64,000 nt of DNA from positions 280,984 to 344,983 of the forward strand of contig NZ_CP047901.1 of the NCBI RefSeq assembly GCF_009936135.1, written 5' to 3'. Positions 1-9,555 of the stretch are shown here, piece by piece. The notes under the pieces were generated by a model. That model was given only the letters and a program-made list of their open reading frames with translations, ran no database searches and was not told where the DNA came from. How positions within the stretch are numbered: position 1 is the stretch's first letter; the number at the start of each line of letters is the position of its first letter. A program made the position numbers and the translations under genes. This DNA comes from Candidatus Chazhemtobacterium aquaticus (lineage in GTDB: Bacteria; Patescibacteriota; Microgenomatia; UBA1400; Chazhemtobacteraceae).

Positions 1-1
1 C

Positions 2-94
2 TCGCAGGAATTTGGCCTTGTTCTTACTCCTCAACTTGACGCCAAACCAGGAGATCAAATCATCTCTTTTTCACCTCCACCTACCTTGATATAA
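2..94 (+). CDS. 3' end of an upstream gene (partial, runs off window start); product unknown
   Basis: Frame 2 is open from the window edge to TAA at 92-94 (...SQEFGLVLTPQLDAKPGDQIISFSPPPTLI). Not in the ORF track because it is incomplete. Confidence 0.3.
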   Translation, partial: SQEFGLVLTPQLDAKPGDQIISFSPPPTLI

Positions 95-109
95 TCACGC
101 CCTAGATTA

Positions 110-138
110 TTCACAAATCTGAAAATATAGGATATAAT
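110..138 (+). promoter_or_regulatory. sigma70-like promoter (TTCACA-17nt-TATAAT) 12 nt upstream of the 151 ATG; short or leaderless 5' UTR
   Basis: ttcaca at 110-115, 17-nt spacer, tataat at 133-138. No SD before the ATG at 151. Confidence 0.4.
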
Positions 139-150
139 ATCATCCATCTT

Positions 151-1089
151 ATGTTTGATCCTGATCAGCTAAATCAATTCAAAACTAAACTAAAGGACTC
201 AGCTTCCGTTCTAATTCTTCTTCCTCCTGAACCAGATGTTGATTCTCTCTCAGCTGCCTTAAGCCTTCATTTAACTCTTAAAAACTCTGGTAAGACCTCT
301 ACAGTCGGTTGTTCTACCCCTGCCAAAGTAGCCAGCTCTCACCTTTTTGGGATAAATCAACTAAAAACTAGCATCGGCAATCGTAATCTCGTTATCTCGT
401 TTGACTACCAAGAAGACTCTGCCGAAAACGTTTCCTATGACATTGATGAAAATACCCGCAAATTCAATCTCCGCATAAAACCCAAAGCCGGATCAGCCCC
501 CTTAGACACCTCTTCCATTAGCTATTCATATACTGGCGCCGAAGCTGATTTAGTTATTACTCTTAATATTAACTCGCTCGAAGAACTTGGCCGTCTTTAC
601 TCTGAAGAAAAGGAGTTTCTTGACCAATCTACCATTGCAAATATTAGCCTTGCGGCATCACCTTCTACCTTTGCTAGCATGAGTCTTAACTCCGACAAAT
701 TTTCCTGTCTAAGTGAACTTGTCGCCTTTTTACTTAAAAGTGTTGGGACGTCACCAACTGCAGATGCAGCCACTAATCTTTATGGCCAAATCTTATCAGT
801 CGTAAACAACTTCCAGTCTCCCAAGATTACCCCCGATACTCTTGAAACAGCCGCTTTTTTGCTTCGCAGTGGAGCTCAAACTCCTAAGTCCAAAGAACAA
901 CTGTCAAACCCCACACCCCCTCCATTCTTCTCTACTCCTCCAACCCCACCACAAGACAAATCCAATCAACCTCAAGGCGACTCAGTCACCCCTCCCCTCA
1001 CTCAGGCTACATCACCACAACCTGTTGCTACCGGCGTCCCCTCTGACTGGACTGGACCCAAAATTTACCGGGGATCTAGCCTAAAATAG
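151..1089 (+). CDS. DHH-superfamily (NrnA-like) protein with a degenerate DHH motif and a proline-rich C-terminal tail
   Basis: N-terminal LILLPPEPDVDSLSAALSLHL resembles the NrnA motif-I (DxD) region. The position of the DHH motif reads DIDEN. The C-terminus is a Pro/Thr/Ser-rich low-complexity tail. Confidence 0.35.
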   Translation: MFDPDQLNQFKTKLKDSASVLILLPPEPDVDSLSAALSLHLTLKNSGKTSTVGCSTPAKVASSHLFGINQLKTSIGNRNLVISFDYQEDSAENVSYDIDENTRKFNLRIKPKAGSAPLDTSSISYSYTGAEADLVITLNINSLEELGRLYSEEKEFLDQSTIANISLAASPSTFASMSLNSDKFSCLSELVAFLLKSVGTSPTADAATNLYGQILSVVNNFQSPKITPDTLETAAFLLRSGAQTPKSKEQLSNPTPPPFFSTPPTPPQDKSNQPQGDSVTPPLTQATSPQPVATGVPSDWTGPKIYRGSSLK

Positions 1090-1137
1090 CCTCATTTATC
1101 TTTTCTTTTACCACATCATCTGTTAAAATAAGCACCT

Positions 1138-1410
1138 ATGTTAACCCGAGAAGAAAAATCAACCATCATTAAAAAATTTGCTACTAGCAAATCTGATACC
1201 GGCTCTCCTAGTGTCCAGGTTGCTCTATTAACCAATCAGATCGATAAACTAGTTAACCACCTTAAGGGCCATAAGACTGATAACCACTCTCGTCGCGGTT
1301 TGCTAAAAATTGTTTCAAAACGTCGTCGACTTCTTAATTATCTAGCCAAGACCAATCCAAAGTCACTCCAGGATCTTACCTCAACCCTAAAAATTGGAAA
1401 AACAGTCTAA
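1138..1410 (+). CDS. rpsO: 30S ribosomal protein S15
   Basis: 90 aa with ...[50 protein letters not shown], the canonical S15 signature. Sits immediately upstream of pnp, as in most bacteria. Confidence 0.9.
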   Translation: MLTREEKSTIIKKFATSKSDTGSPSVQVALLTNQIDKLVNHLKGHKTDNHSRRGLLKIVSKRRRLLNYLAKTNPKSLQDLTSTLKIGKTV

Positions 1411-1558
1411 ACCCTAGATCAAAAGCAAATATCCAAGTTAACAATTATTGTTCTTATTAAAAACTATATTCATTAACCGAGGCTGATCGTTGAGGACTCA
1501 GGCGTGTGAATCTCGTTCCCACCCCCGAATTCTCAACACTCTTCGTCCCGGTCACCAT

Positions 1559-3796
1559 ATGACTCAAAACCCATCTCTATCTACCACCATCTCACTTGAT
1601 GGTACCCAAGATATTACTATCGAAGCTAATCGTTTTGCTCCCCAAGCGGCCGGATCCGCCCTTGTTCGCTCCGGCGACACTGTCGTCTTTGCGGCAGTGG
1701 TTTCCGGTAAACCCAAGGCAGACGTCGACTTCTTTCCTCTCACCGTTGAATATCGTGAAAAACACTACGCCGGTGGCATAATTAGCAGTAGCCGTTTCAT
1801 CAAACGCGAAAGTCGTCCTTCTGATAACGAAATCCTCACCGCTCGTCTGATTGATCGTTCTATCAGACCCCTATTTCCTAAGGGTTTTTACGATGATGTT
1901 CAAGTTATTGTCAGCCCCCTGTCTATAGATCAAGAATCAGAACCAGAAATTCTTTCTATCATCGCCGCCTCTGCTGCATTAAGCTTTTCCTCACTTCCTT
2001 GGGAAGGTCCCATTGGGGCCGTACGAGTTGGTATGGATGACAAGGGCCACTTCCTCATCAATCCCACCAATAGCCAAAAAACAAACTCCAAGCTCGACCT
2101 CGTTGTTTCAGGTGCCCAAGGATCTATTGCCATGGTTGAAGCAGGTGCCCATGAAGTTAACGAATCTACCGTCCTTGAAGCCCTAGATCATGGCCAAAAA
2201 AATATTGACCTAATCATCAAAGCCATCTCTGATTTAGCTGCAAAACTAGGTAAATCAAAACTTCAGGTCGAGCCAGAAAAATTCGATGCAACTCTAGTCA
2301 AACTTGTTGAAGACAAACTTGATGTCAATCAAATTCTCTCTGATAGTAAAACCAATGGCGGCGAAGGCATTAACATTTCAAATCTTGTTGATCAGCTAAT
2401 CAACGACGATCAAGAAATCGACCGCATTCAGGTGGCCAAGCTCATCGATGATCGTATTAGAAACGCCATCCGTTCCCAGTTGCTTGATAAAAACACTCGT
2501 TTTGATGGTCGTGCCATAGATGAAATACGCCAACTCTCTTCCGAAGTAAGCCTCTTGCCCCGCACACACGGATCAGCCCTCTTTATGCGTGGACTTACTC
2601 ACGTTCTTTCCACTGTTACTCTCGCCTCTCCTGGTTCTGAGCAACTCATCGAAGGCATGAAGGGCGAGCAAACCAAGCGCTACATGCACCATTACAACAT
2701 GCCTCCCTATGCGACCGGTGAACCCGGAAGAATAGGTGGTCCCAACCGTAGAGAAATTGGTCATGGAGCCTTAGCCGAGCGAGCCCTCGAGCCTGTTCTA
2801 CCCTCACAAGATCAATTTTCTTACACCATCAGAGTTGTTTCTGAAGTACTAAGCGGCAATGGTAGCACCTCCCAAGCCTCTGTCTGTGGGTCTACCCTTG
2901 CTCTAATGGACGCCGGAGTACCCATCAAAAAACCAGTCGCTGGCATAGCCATGGGCCTAATCACCGATGGTAAAAAGTACATCACCTTAACTGATATTGC
3001 AGGACTTGAAGACCATTTTGGAGATATGGACTTCAAGGTAGCTGGAACCGTTGATGGTATAACCGCTATTCAAATGGACGTCAAGGTTACTGGTGTTAGT
3101 GCCCAAGTACTTAAAGACGCTCTCGAACAAGCCAGAGTTGGTCGTCTTGCCATTCTTGAAAATATGAAAAAAACCATTGATCAGCCTCGGTCTCAGCTTT
3201 CCCCATTTGCCCCTCGCGTTGTTACATTACAAATTGACCCAACAAAAATTGGTGTAGTTATTGGCCCTGGAGGTAAAACCATTCGCCCAATTCAGGAAGA
3301 TCTTGACGTCGAGATCAATATCGAGGATGACGGACTAGTCAGCATCACGGGTACAAATCCTGAGAACGTCAATCAAGCCAAAAAAATGATCGAAGATCTT
3401 ACCGCCGAGGTTGAAGTTGGTAAAGTCTATTCCGGAAAGGTTCAGCGAATTCAGCCTTTTGGAGCTTTTGTTGAAATCCTCCCCGGTAAAGACGGTCTCG
3501 TCCATGTTAGCAACATGGGTAAGGAGTTTGTCTCTGATCCACATCAACTAGTCAAAGAAGGCGATCAGGTTCAGGTCAAGGTTTTTGAAATAGACTCTCA
3601 AGGTAGAGTTAACCTCACCATGAATCTTGATGACAATCCTGCCAGTCGAGACAGAACCACTTCTCCACGAAGAGAATCGCGTCAAGACCAATCATCTAGA
3701 CCCTCCCAGACTAGATCAAGCCGACCGCGCACCTCAAACAAACCAGGTGCTACCAGAAATGAGTCTCGCTTTTCTCGTTTCAACGACAAGCGCTAA
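1559..3796 (+). CDS. pnp: polynucleotide phosphorylase (PNPase) with an Arg/Ser-rich C-terminal tail
   Basis: Two RNase PH-like domains, a KH domain (IGVVIGPGGKTIRPIQ) and an S1 domain (GKVYSGKVQRIQPFGAFVEI). The likely start is the ATG at 1559 (MTQNPSL); the track ORF opens at 1490. The last ~55 aa are RS/RD-rich. Confidence 0.9.
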   Translation: MTQNPSLSTTISLDGTQDITIEANRFAPQAAGSALVRSGDTVVFAAVVSGKPKADVDFFPLTVEYREKHYAGGIISSSRFIKRESRPSDNEILTARLIDRSIRPLFPKGFYDDVQVIVSPLSIDQESEPEILSIIAASAALSFSSLPWEGPIGAVRVGMDDKGHFLINPTNSQKTNSKLDLVVSGAQGSIAMVEAGAHEVNESTVLEALDHGQKNIDLIIKAISDLAAKLGKSKLQVEPEKFDATLVKLVEDKLDVNQILSDSKTNGGEGINISNLVDQLINDDQEIDRIQVAKLIDDRIRNAIRSQLLDKNTRFDGRAIDEIRQLSSEVSLLPRTHGSALFMRGLTHVLSTVTLASPGSEQLIEGMKGEQTKRYMHHYNMPPYATGEPGRIGGPNRREIGHGALAERALEPVLPSQDQFSYTIRVVSEVLSGNGSTSQASVCGSTLALMDAGVPIKKPVAGIAMGLITDGKKYITLTDIAGLEDHFGDMDFKVAGTVDGITAIQMDVKVTGVSAQVLKDALEQARVGRLAILENMKKTIDQPRSQLSPFAPRVVTLQIDPTKIGVVIGPGGKTIRPIQEDLDVEINIEDDGLVSITGTNPENVNQAKKMIEDLTAEVEVGKVYSGKVQRIQPFGAFVEILPGKDGLVHVSNMGKEFVSDPHQLVKEGDQVQVKVFEIDSQGRVNLTMNLDDNPASRDRTTSPRRESRQDQSSRPSQTRSSRPRTSNKPGATRNESRFSRFNDKR

Positions 3797-3824
3797 GTCT
3801 CCGCCACTTCGCTATACTTAAATC

Positions 3825-4886
3825 ATGGAACCCACCTCCTCCTCTTCGTCTGCCAATCAAGACATCATTAAGCTTCGTGCTCAACTAGACTCTGTAGTGG
3901 TTCCTCCAGATCTTCATGCCCAGGCGACCGAGATGATCGATCGTCTTGAGCGTATGATCAATCAAGGTTTTTATACCGAGGAATTTGAACGCACCCGTCA
4001 CTATCTTAACTGGATTACTGCCCTACCTTGGGACAAGCGGGTTACTCAGCCCATTGATCTAAACACAATCGCTCAAACACTCGAGCAACACCACTATGGT
4101 ATGCAGGAAGTAAAAGACAGGATCCTCGAATACATGTCTGTCTACAAACTTCGTCAATCTCAAAGCGATGGTATCGCCCGTTCACCCCTCATATTTTTAG
4201 TTGGACTCGTCGGTACTGGTAAGACTACTTTTGCATCCGCACTCTCTCAGGCTCTAGGTCGACCCCTAGGACGCATTCCCTTTGGTGGCATGGGTTCAGC
4301 CCGTGACCTTCGCGGTCAGTCTCGCCTTCATCTCGAAGCTGAACCTGGTTACGTGATTAAAGCACTTAAACAAGCGGGGGTTAAGAACCCAATCATTCTT
4401 CTTGACGAAATTGACCGTGTCTCTGAATCTGCCCGCACCGACATTATGGGTGTCTTAGTTGAACTTCTCGATCCTGAGCAAAACAAAGCTTTTCTGGACC
4501 ACTACATCGACTATCCCGTCGATCTCTCCGAAGTGCTATTTCTGGCAACAGCCAACAACACTACCAATATTGCCACCGCTGTTCTCGATCGTCTCGAACC
4601 GATTCGCATGCCTAGCTACTCAGACGAAGAAAAAATCCATATTGCTCGCGAGTATCTGCTCCCTCGTGTTTTGGAAGAATCTGGACTTTCTGCTCAACAG
4701 CTTAACATTGATGACTCTCTCTGGCCACAAATTACCCGACCCTTAGGCTATGACGCCGGTATTCGTACTCTCAAACGCACCCTCGAAGGCATAGCCAGAA
4801 AAGTTGCTCGCCAAATCGTTGCTGGGCAAATTCAATCAGCTCACATTACCCCGGAAAACATCAAAACTTTTCTTCCCAAATGGTAA
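3825..4886 (+). CDS. Lon-like AAA+ ATPase module lacking both the Lon N-domain and the protease domain
   Basis: Collinear match to the Lon ATPase core: HYGMQEVKDRILEYM, Walker A LVGLVGTGKTT, Walker B NPIILLDEIDR, ELLDPEQNKAFLDHY, LATANN, LDRLEPIRMPSYSDEEKIHIAREYLLP and GIRTLKRTLEGIARKVARQIV. The ORF ends at 353 aa, before any Ser-Lys protease domain. Confidence 0.75.
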   Translation: MEPTSSSSSANQDIIKLRAQLDSVVVPPDLHAQATEMIDRLERMINQGFYTEEFERTRHYLNWITALPWDKRVTQPIDLNTIAQTLEQHHYGMQEVKDRILEYMSVYKLRQSQSDGIARSPLIFLVGLVGTGKTTFASALSQALGRPLGRIPFGGMGSARDLRGQSRLHLEAEPGYVIKALKQAGVKNPIILLDEIDRVSESARTDIMGVLVELLDPEQNKAFLDHYIDYPVDLSEVLFLATANNTTNIATAVLDRLEPIRMPSYSDEEKIHIAREYLLPRVLEESGLSAQQLNIDDSLWPQITRPLGYDAGIRTLKRTLEGIARKVARQIVAGQIQSAHITPENIKTFLPKW

Positions 4887-4989
4887 TCATTACTCGCTGA
4901 TATAATCCTAGCAATTCACTACATATCTCATGCAACATTTTCTATACCACCAATTACCTTTAAATTTAAATTAAATTAACAATAATAAA

Positions 4990-6651
4990 ATGAAAAATCT
5001 AATTTCAAAAACTTTAAGAATCATCCCCCTAGGCGGCAATGGTGAAGTCACCAAAAACATGTACGTCTATGAATATGGCAACGATCAAATCGTAGTTGAC
5101 TGTGGCATGGGCTTCCCTAAAGCAGGAATGCTTGGGGTCGATATTCTTATTCCCGACGTTGAATACCTCGAGAAATCCCGCAAAAACCTTCGAGCTATCG
5201 TTCTCACCCATGGACACGAAGACCACATTGGCGGCTTGCCCTACATTCTCCCACGTCTCCCCAAAAATCTACCCGTCTACGGATCAACACTTACCACGGC
5301 ACTAGCCGAAACCAAAGTTAGAGAATACGGTCTTACTAATCCCTTCCACGCTGTCGAAGACAAACTCAATCTTGGCCCTTTCAATATTGACCTAATTCAT
5401 ATCACTCACTCCATCCCCAATTGTAAACACTTGCTAATCAAAACCCCTGCCGGGACGGTTTATCATGGGGCTGACTTTAAATTTGACCTCAATCCACCTG
5501 ACGGTAAACCGCCCGCCTTACAAGCAATTGCTCAGGCCGGAATCAACGGTGTTGACCTTCTAGTTTCTGACTGTCTTGGAGTTGAGCGTCCAGGTTTTAC
5601 CGCCCCAGAGCGTGATATTGAAGCCATCTTCGAGCAGGAACTCCAAAAAACTAAAGGCAAATTTATTGTCACCGCTATTTCTTCCTCAGTTTCCAGGTTA
5701 GGCATGGCCATAAATGTTGCTGCTCGTCATGGTCGAAAAGTAGCTATTCTGGGTCGCAGTGTAGATCGCAATATGAGTCTAGCAGCCAAGCTAGGCTTCA
5801 TTTCTTTCCCCAAAAACACCATGATTAACTCTCATCAAATTAAAAATTTCAAAGACTCTCAGCTAACCCTTATTGTTGCTGGTTCTCAGGGCCAAGAAGG
5901 TTCAGCTATGCAAAGAGCTGCAGCCGGTGAACACAAGAACGTCCAGCTCAAACCAGGTGATCGCGTTGTCATTAGTTCAGACATTATTCCTGGAGGAGAA
6001 TCAAACGTCCACGACTTAATCAATAGTCTAGCCAAAAAAGATATTGATGTTGCCTACGGATCATCTGAACAACTTCATGTCTCTGGCCACGGTCATCGCG
6101 GAGAACTTGAGCTACTTGTTCGTCTTCTCAATCCTAAAAACATCTTTCCAGTCGGAGGAGAAGTTCGTCATCAAAAAGCCTACCGTCGCATGGCAGTAAA
6201 CCTTGGTTTGTCTTCCCAATCCATCTTCATACCCAATGACGGGCAGTCCTTAGTTCTAAGTAAAAACCAGGTGCGATATGGCGACACCGTTGAATTAAAA
6301 AACATCTACGTTGATGGCTTAGGAATCGGGGATGTTGGCAAGGTTGTCCTTCGCGATCGTCAAGTCATGAGCCAGGACGGTATACTAGTCGTCATTGTCC
6401 CCATCCGCCATGACACCAGTAAAGTTAGTGGTGATATAGAAATTGTTTCTCGCGGTTTTGTTTACGTTAAAGAGAGCAAAGAATTAATCGATGAGATTAA
6501 AGCTAAGGTCAAACAAGCCCTCAAAGACCAGCAAGGCATCGTAACTGACTGGAGCTTTCTCCGTCAAAAAATCTCCCTCTCTCTTGAGAAATTTATCTAC
6601 TTCAAAACCGAAAGAAGTCCCCTTATTCTTCCCGTTATTGTTGAAGTCTAA
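4990..6651 (+). CDS. rnj: ribonuclease J (metallo-beta-lactamase/beta-CASP RNase)
   Basis: HGHEDHIGGLP metallo-beta-lactamase motif, a beta-CASP region and an RNase J C-terminal domain. 553 aa. Confidence 0.85.
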   Translation: MKNLISKTLRIIPLGGNGEVTKNMYVYEYGNDQIVVDCGMGFPKAGMLGVDILIPDVEYLEKSRKNLRAIVLTHGHEDHIGGLPYILPRLPKNLPVYGSTLTTALAETKVREYGLTNPFHAVEDKLNLGPFNIDLIHITHSIPNCKHLLIKTPAGTVYHGADFKFDLNPPDGKPPALQAIAQAGINGVDLLVSDCLGVERPGFTAPERDIEAIFEQELQKTKGKFIVTAISSSVSRLGMAINVAARHGRKVAILGRSVDRNMSLAAKLGFISFPKNTMINSHQIKNFKDSQLTLIVAGSQGQEGSAMQRAAAGEHKNVQLKPGDRVVISSDIIPGGESNVHDLINSLAKKDIDVAYGSSEQLHVSGHGHRGELELLVRLLNPKNIFPVGGEVRHQKAYRRMAVNLGLSSQSIFIPNDGQSLVLSKNQVRYGDTVELKNIYVDGLGIGDVGKVVLRDRQVMSQDGILVVIVPIRHDTSKVSGDIEIVSRGFVYVKESKELIDEIKAKVKQALKDQQGIVTDWSFLRQKISLSLEKFIYFKTERSPLILPVIVEV

Positions 6652-6710
6652 TTAGTTTTTTCAAGCTCTAAAAAACTTCTTTTTCATACAACTTAAGCTA
6701 TACTCATAGT

Positions 6711-8813
6711 ATGGCCAGAAAACGCGGTCGCCGCAGTAAACCCTTCAAACTTTCCCTTAAGCAAGACACTTTAAGCTCGATTGCTGCGATTATAATTATC
6801 AGCTTTGGCGGACTCATCAGCATCTCCTTTTCTCGTCAAGGACCAGTTTTAACCAAAATATTTGACATTGGATCCTCTCTCTTTGGTTGGGCTCTTATTT
6901 TTCTCCCCTTTATCTTCATATCTGGAGGCCTGTTAGTCACCAAGGTTAAGTGGCAAATCTCCAAACCCAATGTATTTCTTGGCTCACTTATCTCCCTCCT
7001 CTCTCTTACTGGACTGACTCAAGCTGGCAACATTGGCGACCAAGTCTTTGGTTCCATAGCCGCTCTAATTACCTCCGCCGGCTCGTTTCTCTTCTTTTTA
7101 TCAGGAACCATCATTGGCATACTTATCCTTTTTGAAACATCGATTGAAGATCTTCTCGCCCTTTTCCAGAAAATGTCTGAAGATGCCAAGAAAGCATCAT
7201 CTGCTCTACCCAAGCCTGGCCGCATTAAACAAGCTGGGGTTCTTCCCTCCCGCGAGCTTAAGATTAAAGGTATTGGTGATGATGGTGACAAAACCAAAAC
7301 TAGCGATTCCCCAGCTGTAGAAGAGTCAACTTCTCAACCCCAAGCCTTAAGCAATCAACCTGGAGACGACTCGGCCATCTGGGAAGCTCCTCCAGTTTCT
7401 CTCCTTCAAGATGCCAAAGTCGGTAAAGCTGATCGCGGCGATGTCCGTGCCAACGCCCGCATCATTGAAGATACTCTTGAGGCCTTTGGTATTACTGCCA
7501 AAACTGTTGAAATTAATGCCGGTCCAGCTGTTACCCAATACGCCATTGAGGTTGCTATTGGCACCAAGTTAAGTAAAATCGTCGCTCTTCAAAATGATCT
7601 TGCTTTAGCTCTCTCCGCTCCTCAAGGACAGATCCGCATCGAAGCACCCATACCTGGCCGCAATCTGGTTGGTATAGAAGTTCCCAACCACTCACTCGAA
7701 TTTGTCAATCTCAAGCAAATGCTCGTTTCTGACGTAATGAAAACCTCCAAGAGCAAGCTTACCGTTGCTCTAGGTCTTAACGTTGCCGGTGAACCCACTG
7801 TTGCCGACATAACCAAAATGCCTCATGTACTTATTGCTGGCGCCACGGGATCAGGTAAATCTGTTGCTATCAACGCTTTCATAGCCAGTATTCTCTTTCG
7901 TGCTTCACCTGCCGAAGTCAAGTTTATCCTTGTTGACCCTAAAAGAGTTGAACTTACCGGATATGACGGTATTCCTCACCTCTTAACACCTGTCATCACT
8001 GATCCAGAGAAAGTTGTTTCTGCCCTAAAATGGTCTCTCCAAGAAATGGAACGTCGTTACAAGCTTTTTGCCGAAGTCAAAGTTAGAAACATAGCTGCCT
8101 ATAATGAGCTTTCTGGATTCCAGGCTATGCCCTATATCGTTATTGTTATTGACGAGCTAGCAGACATCATGCTCTTTGCTCCGTCCGAGGTCGAAGACAG
8201 TATCACTAGAATTGCCCAAATGGCCCGTGCGGTCGGTATCCATCTAGTTCTCGCTACCCAACGTCCCTCCACCGATGTCATTACTGGTTTAATCAAGGCT
8301 AATATTCCCTGCCGTATCGCCTTCAATGTAGCATCCATGATTGATTCTCGCGTCATTCTCGACTCTCCAGGGGCAGAAAAACTACTTGGCAGGGGAGACA
8401 TGCTTTATATACCTCCCGACCAGGCCAAACCTCGCCGCATTCAGGGTACGTTTGTTGATGATAAGGAAATCGCGTCTCTTATCGAATATCTAAAACAACA
8501 AGGTCTCAAGCCTGAATACTCCCAAGAAGTCATTGAAACCAAAACAGTCTCAGGAGCAACCGCTCCCAACGGGGCCACCATCGACGATGTCGACGACCTC
8601 TTTGAAGATGCTGTTCGAGTCTGTGTTAACTACGACAAGGCTTCTGCCTCTCTGCTTCAAAGACGCCTTTCCATTGGCTATGCTCGCGCCGCTCGCATCC
8701 TAGACCAACTCCAAAAAGCGGGAGTCGTTTCTGCCCCTGATGGCAGCAAGCCTCGTGACGTCCTCATTAAATCCGCAGATGAATTTTTTGCCCGAATACA
8801 AAGTGATGAATAA
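6711..8813 (+). CDS. ftsK: DNA translocase FtsK/SpoIIIE
   Basis: N-terminal TM helices, a Pro/Ser-rich linker, the motor domain with Walker A GATGSGKSVAINA, and a C-terminal gamma wHTH (RRLSIGYARAARILDQL). Confidence 0.9.
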   Translation: MARKRGRRSKPFKLSLKQDTLSSIAAIIIISFGGLISISFSRQGPVLTKIFDIGSSLFGWALIFLPFIFISGGLLVTKVKWQISKPNVFLGSLISLLSLTGLTQAGNIGDQVFGSIAALITSAGSFLFFLSGTIIGILILFETSIEDLLALFQKMSEDAKKASSALPKPGRIKQAGVLPSRELKIKGIGDDGDKTKTSDSPAVEESTSQPQALSNQPGDDSAIWEAPPVSLLQDAKVGKADRGDVRANARIIEDTLEAFGITAKTVEINAGPAVTQYAIEVAIGTKLSKIVALQNDLALALSAPQGQIRIEAPIPGRNLVGIEVPNHSLEFVNLKQMLVSDVMKTSKSKLTVALGLNVAGEPTVADITKMPHVLIAGATGSGKSVAINAFIASILFRASPAEVKFILVDPKRVELTGYDGIPHLLTPVITDPEKVVSALKWSLQEMERRYKLFAEVKVRNIAAYNELSGFQAMPYIVIVIDELADIMLFAPSEVEDSITRIAQMARAVGIHLVLATQRPSTDVITGLIKANIPCRIAFNVASMIDSRVILDSPGAEKLLGRGDMLYIPPDQAKPRRIQGTFVDDKEIASLIEYLKQQGLKPEYSQEVIETKTVSGATAPNGATIDDVDDLFEDAVRVCVNYDKASASLLQRRLSIGYARAARILDQLQKAGVVSAPDGSKPRDVLIKSADEFFARIQSDE

Positions 8814-8821
8814 CTTCTCTT

Positions 8822-9460
8822 ATGAAGACACTTGGTGAACTTCTCCACACCGCTCGTTCTGCCAAAAACTACTCTCTTGAGGATATCGCCCGTATCACCA
8901 AAATTGAAATCAAACATATCCGCGCCCTCGAGAATAACGATTACGGCTCTCTACCTCACAGCACCTTCACCAAGGGCTTTATACGAAGCTATGCCAAAAC
9001 CGTAGGCAAAAACCCAGACGAACTTATCGCCATCTATCGTCGCGACTCAGTTGAACAAGCCCAAACATCTCCCCCCGGAAGCGGACTTAATTTTTCTCTT
9101 AAAAACTCACTTCTTTCTATTTCAAAATCTACTCTCATACCCCTTGTCATTGGTATCCTAGTTTTTTTCGGCTACCTTACCTTTCAGTATCGAGCTTTAC
9201 TTCTTCCTCCTCATTTAATCATTACTCAACCATCTCCTTCAGCAGTAGTTGTTTCACCCGTCACTATAGAGGGAAAAACCTCTCCAGACTCCATCATAAC
9301 CATCAACCAGGACACTCGCGTTAAACCAGATCAGTCAGGTATTTTTCTAACCCAGATAAACTTTGCTCCTGGCGATTACCAAATTTCGATCTCAGCCACT
9401 AACCGTTTTAATCGCACCTCTACAAAAACACTAAACATCAGTGTTATCAGCAAGGAATAA
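8822..9460 (+). CDS. RodZ-like membrane protein (N-terminal XRE-type HTH, one TM, C-terminal periplasmic domain)
   Basis: HTH ELLHTARSAKNYSLEDIARITKIEIKHIRALEN, then a hydrophobic helix LIPLVIGILVFFGYLTF, then a C-terminal beta-rich domain. Confidence 0.5.
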   Translation: MKTLGELLHTARSAKNYSLEDIARITKIEIKHIRALENNDYGSLPHSTFTKGFIRSYAKTVGKNPDELIAIYRRDSVEQAQTSPPGSGLNFSLKNSLLSISKSTLIPLVIGILVFFGYLTFQYRALLLPPHLIITQPSPSAVVVSPVTIEGKTSPDSIITINQDTRVKPDQSGIFLTQINFAPGDYQISISATNRFNRTSTKTLNISVISKE

Positions 9461-9555
9461 TGTAAATCTTTAATAAAGAGATTGATTCCACCGACTCTCT
9501 CAATTAATTCCAACTTGCCCTTTATTAAGCTGTATAGTTAAATTAAATCTACCTT

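Noticed and set aside
842-1084. 80-aa ORF inside the DHH-like gene, plus other short internal or antisense ORFs in the track (e.g. 1596..1781, 1930..2133-, 5029..5226-, 7019..7297-, 17400..17585-, 20506..20718-, 26577..26837-, 28416..28688-, 36745..36996-, 39723..39965-, 46356..46577-, 46508..46783-, 59135..59464-, 60834..61142+)
   Set aside because: All are embedded in, or antisense to, strongly conserved genes (pnp, rnj, ftsK, rpoB, rpoC, fusA, tuf, rplF, adk, recA, secD, cca). They have no independent start or RBS context and low-complexity composition.
1490-1558. Upstream extension of pnp (MRTQACESRSHPRILNTLRPGHH...)
   Set aside because: The PNPase homology begins at MTQNPSL. The extension is an in-frame read-through of leader sequence, so the ATG at 1559 is preferred.
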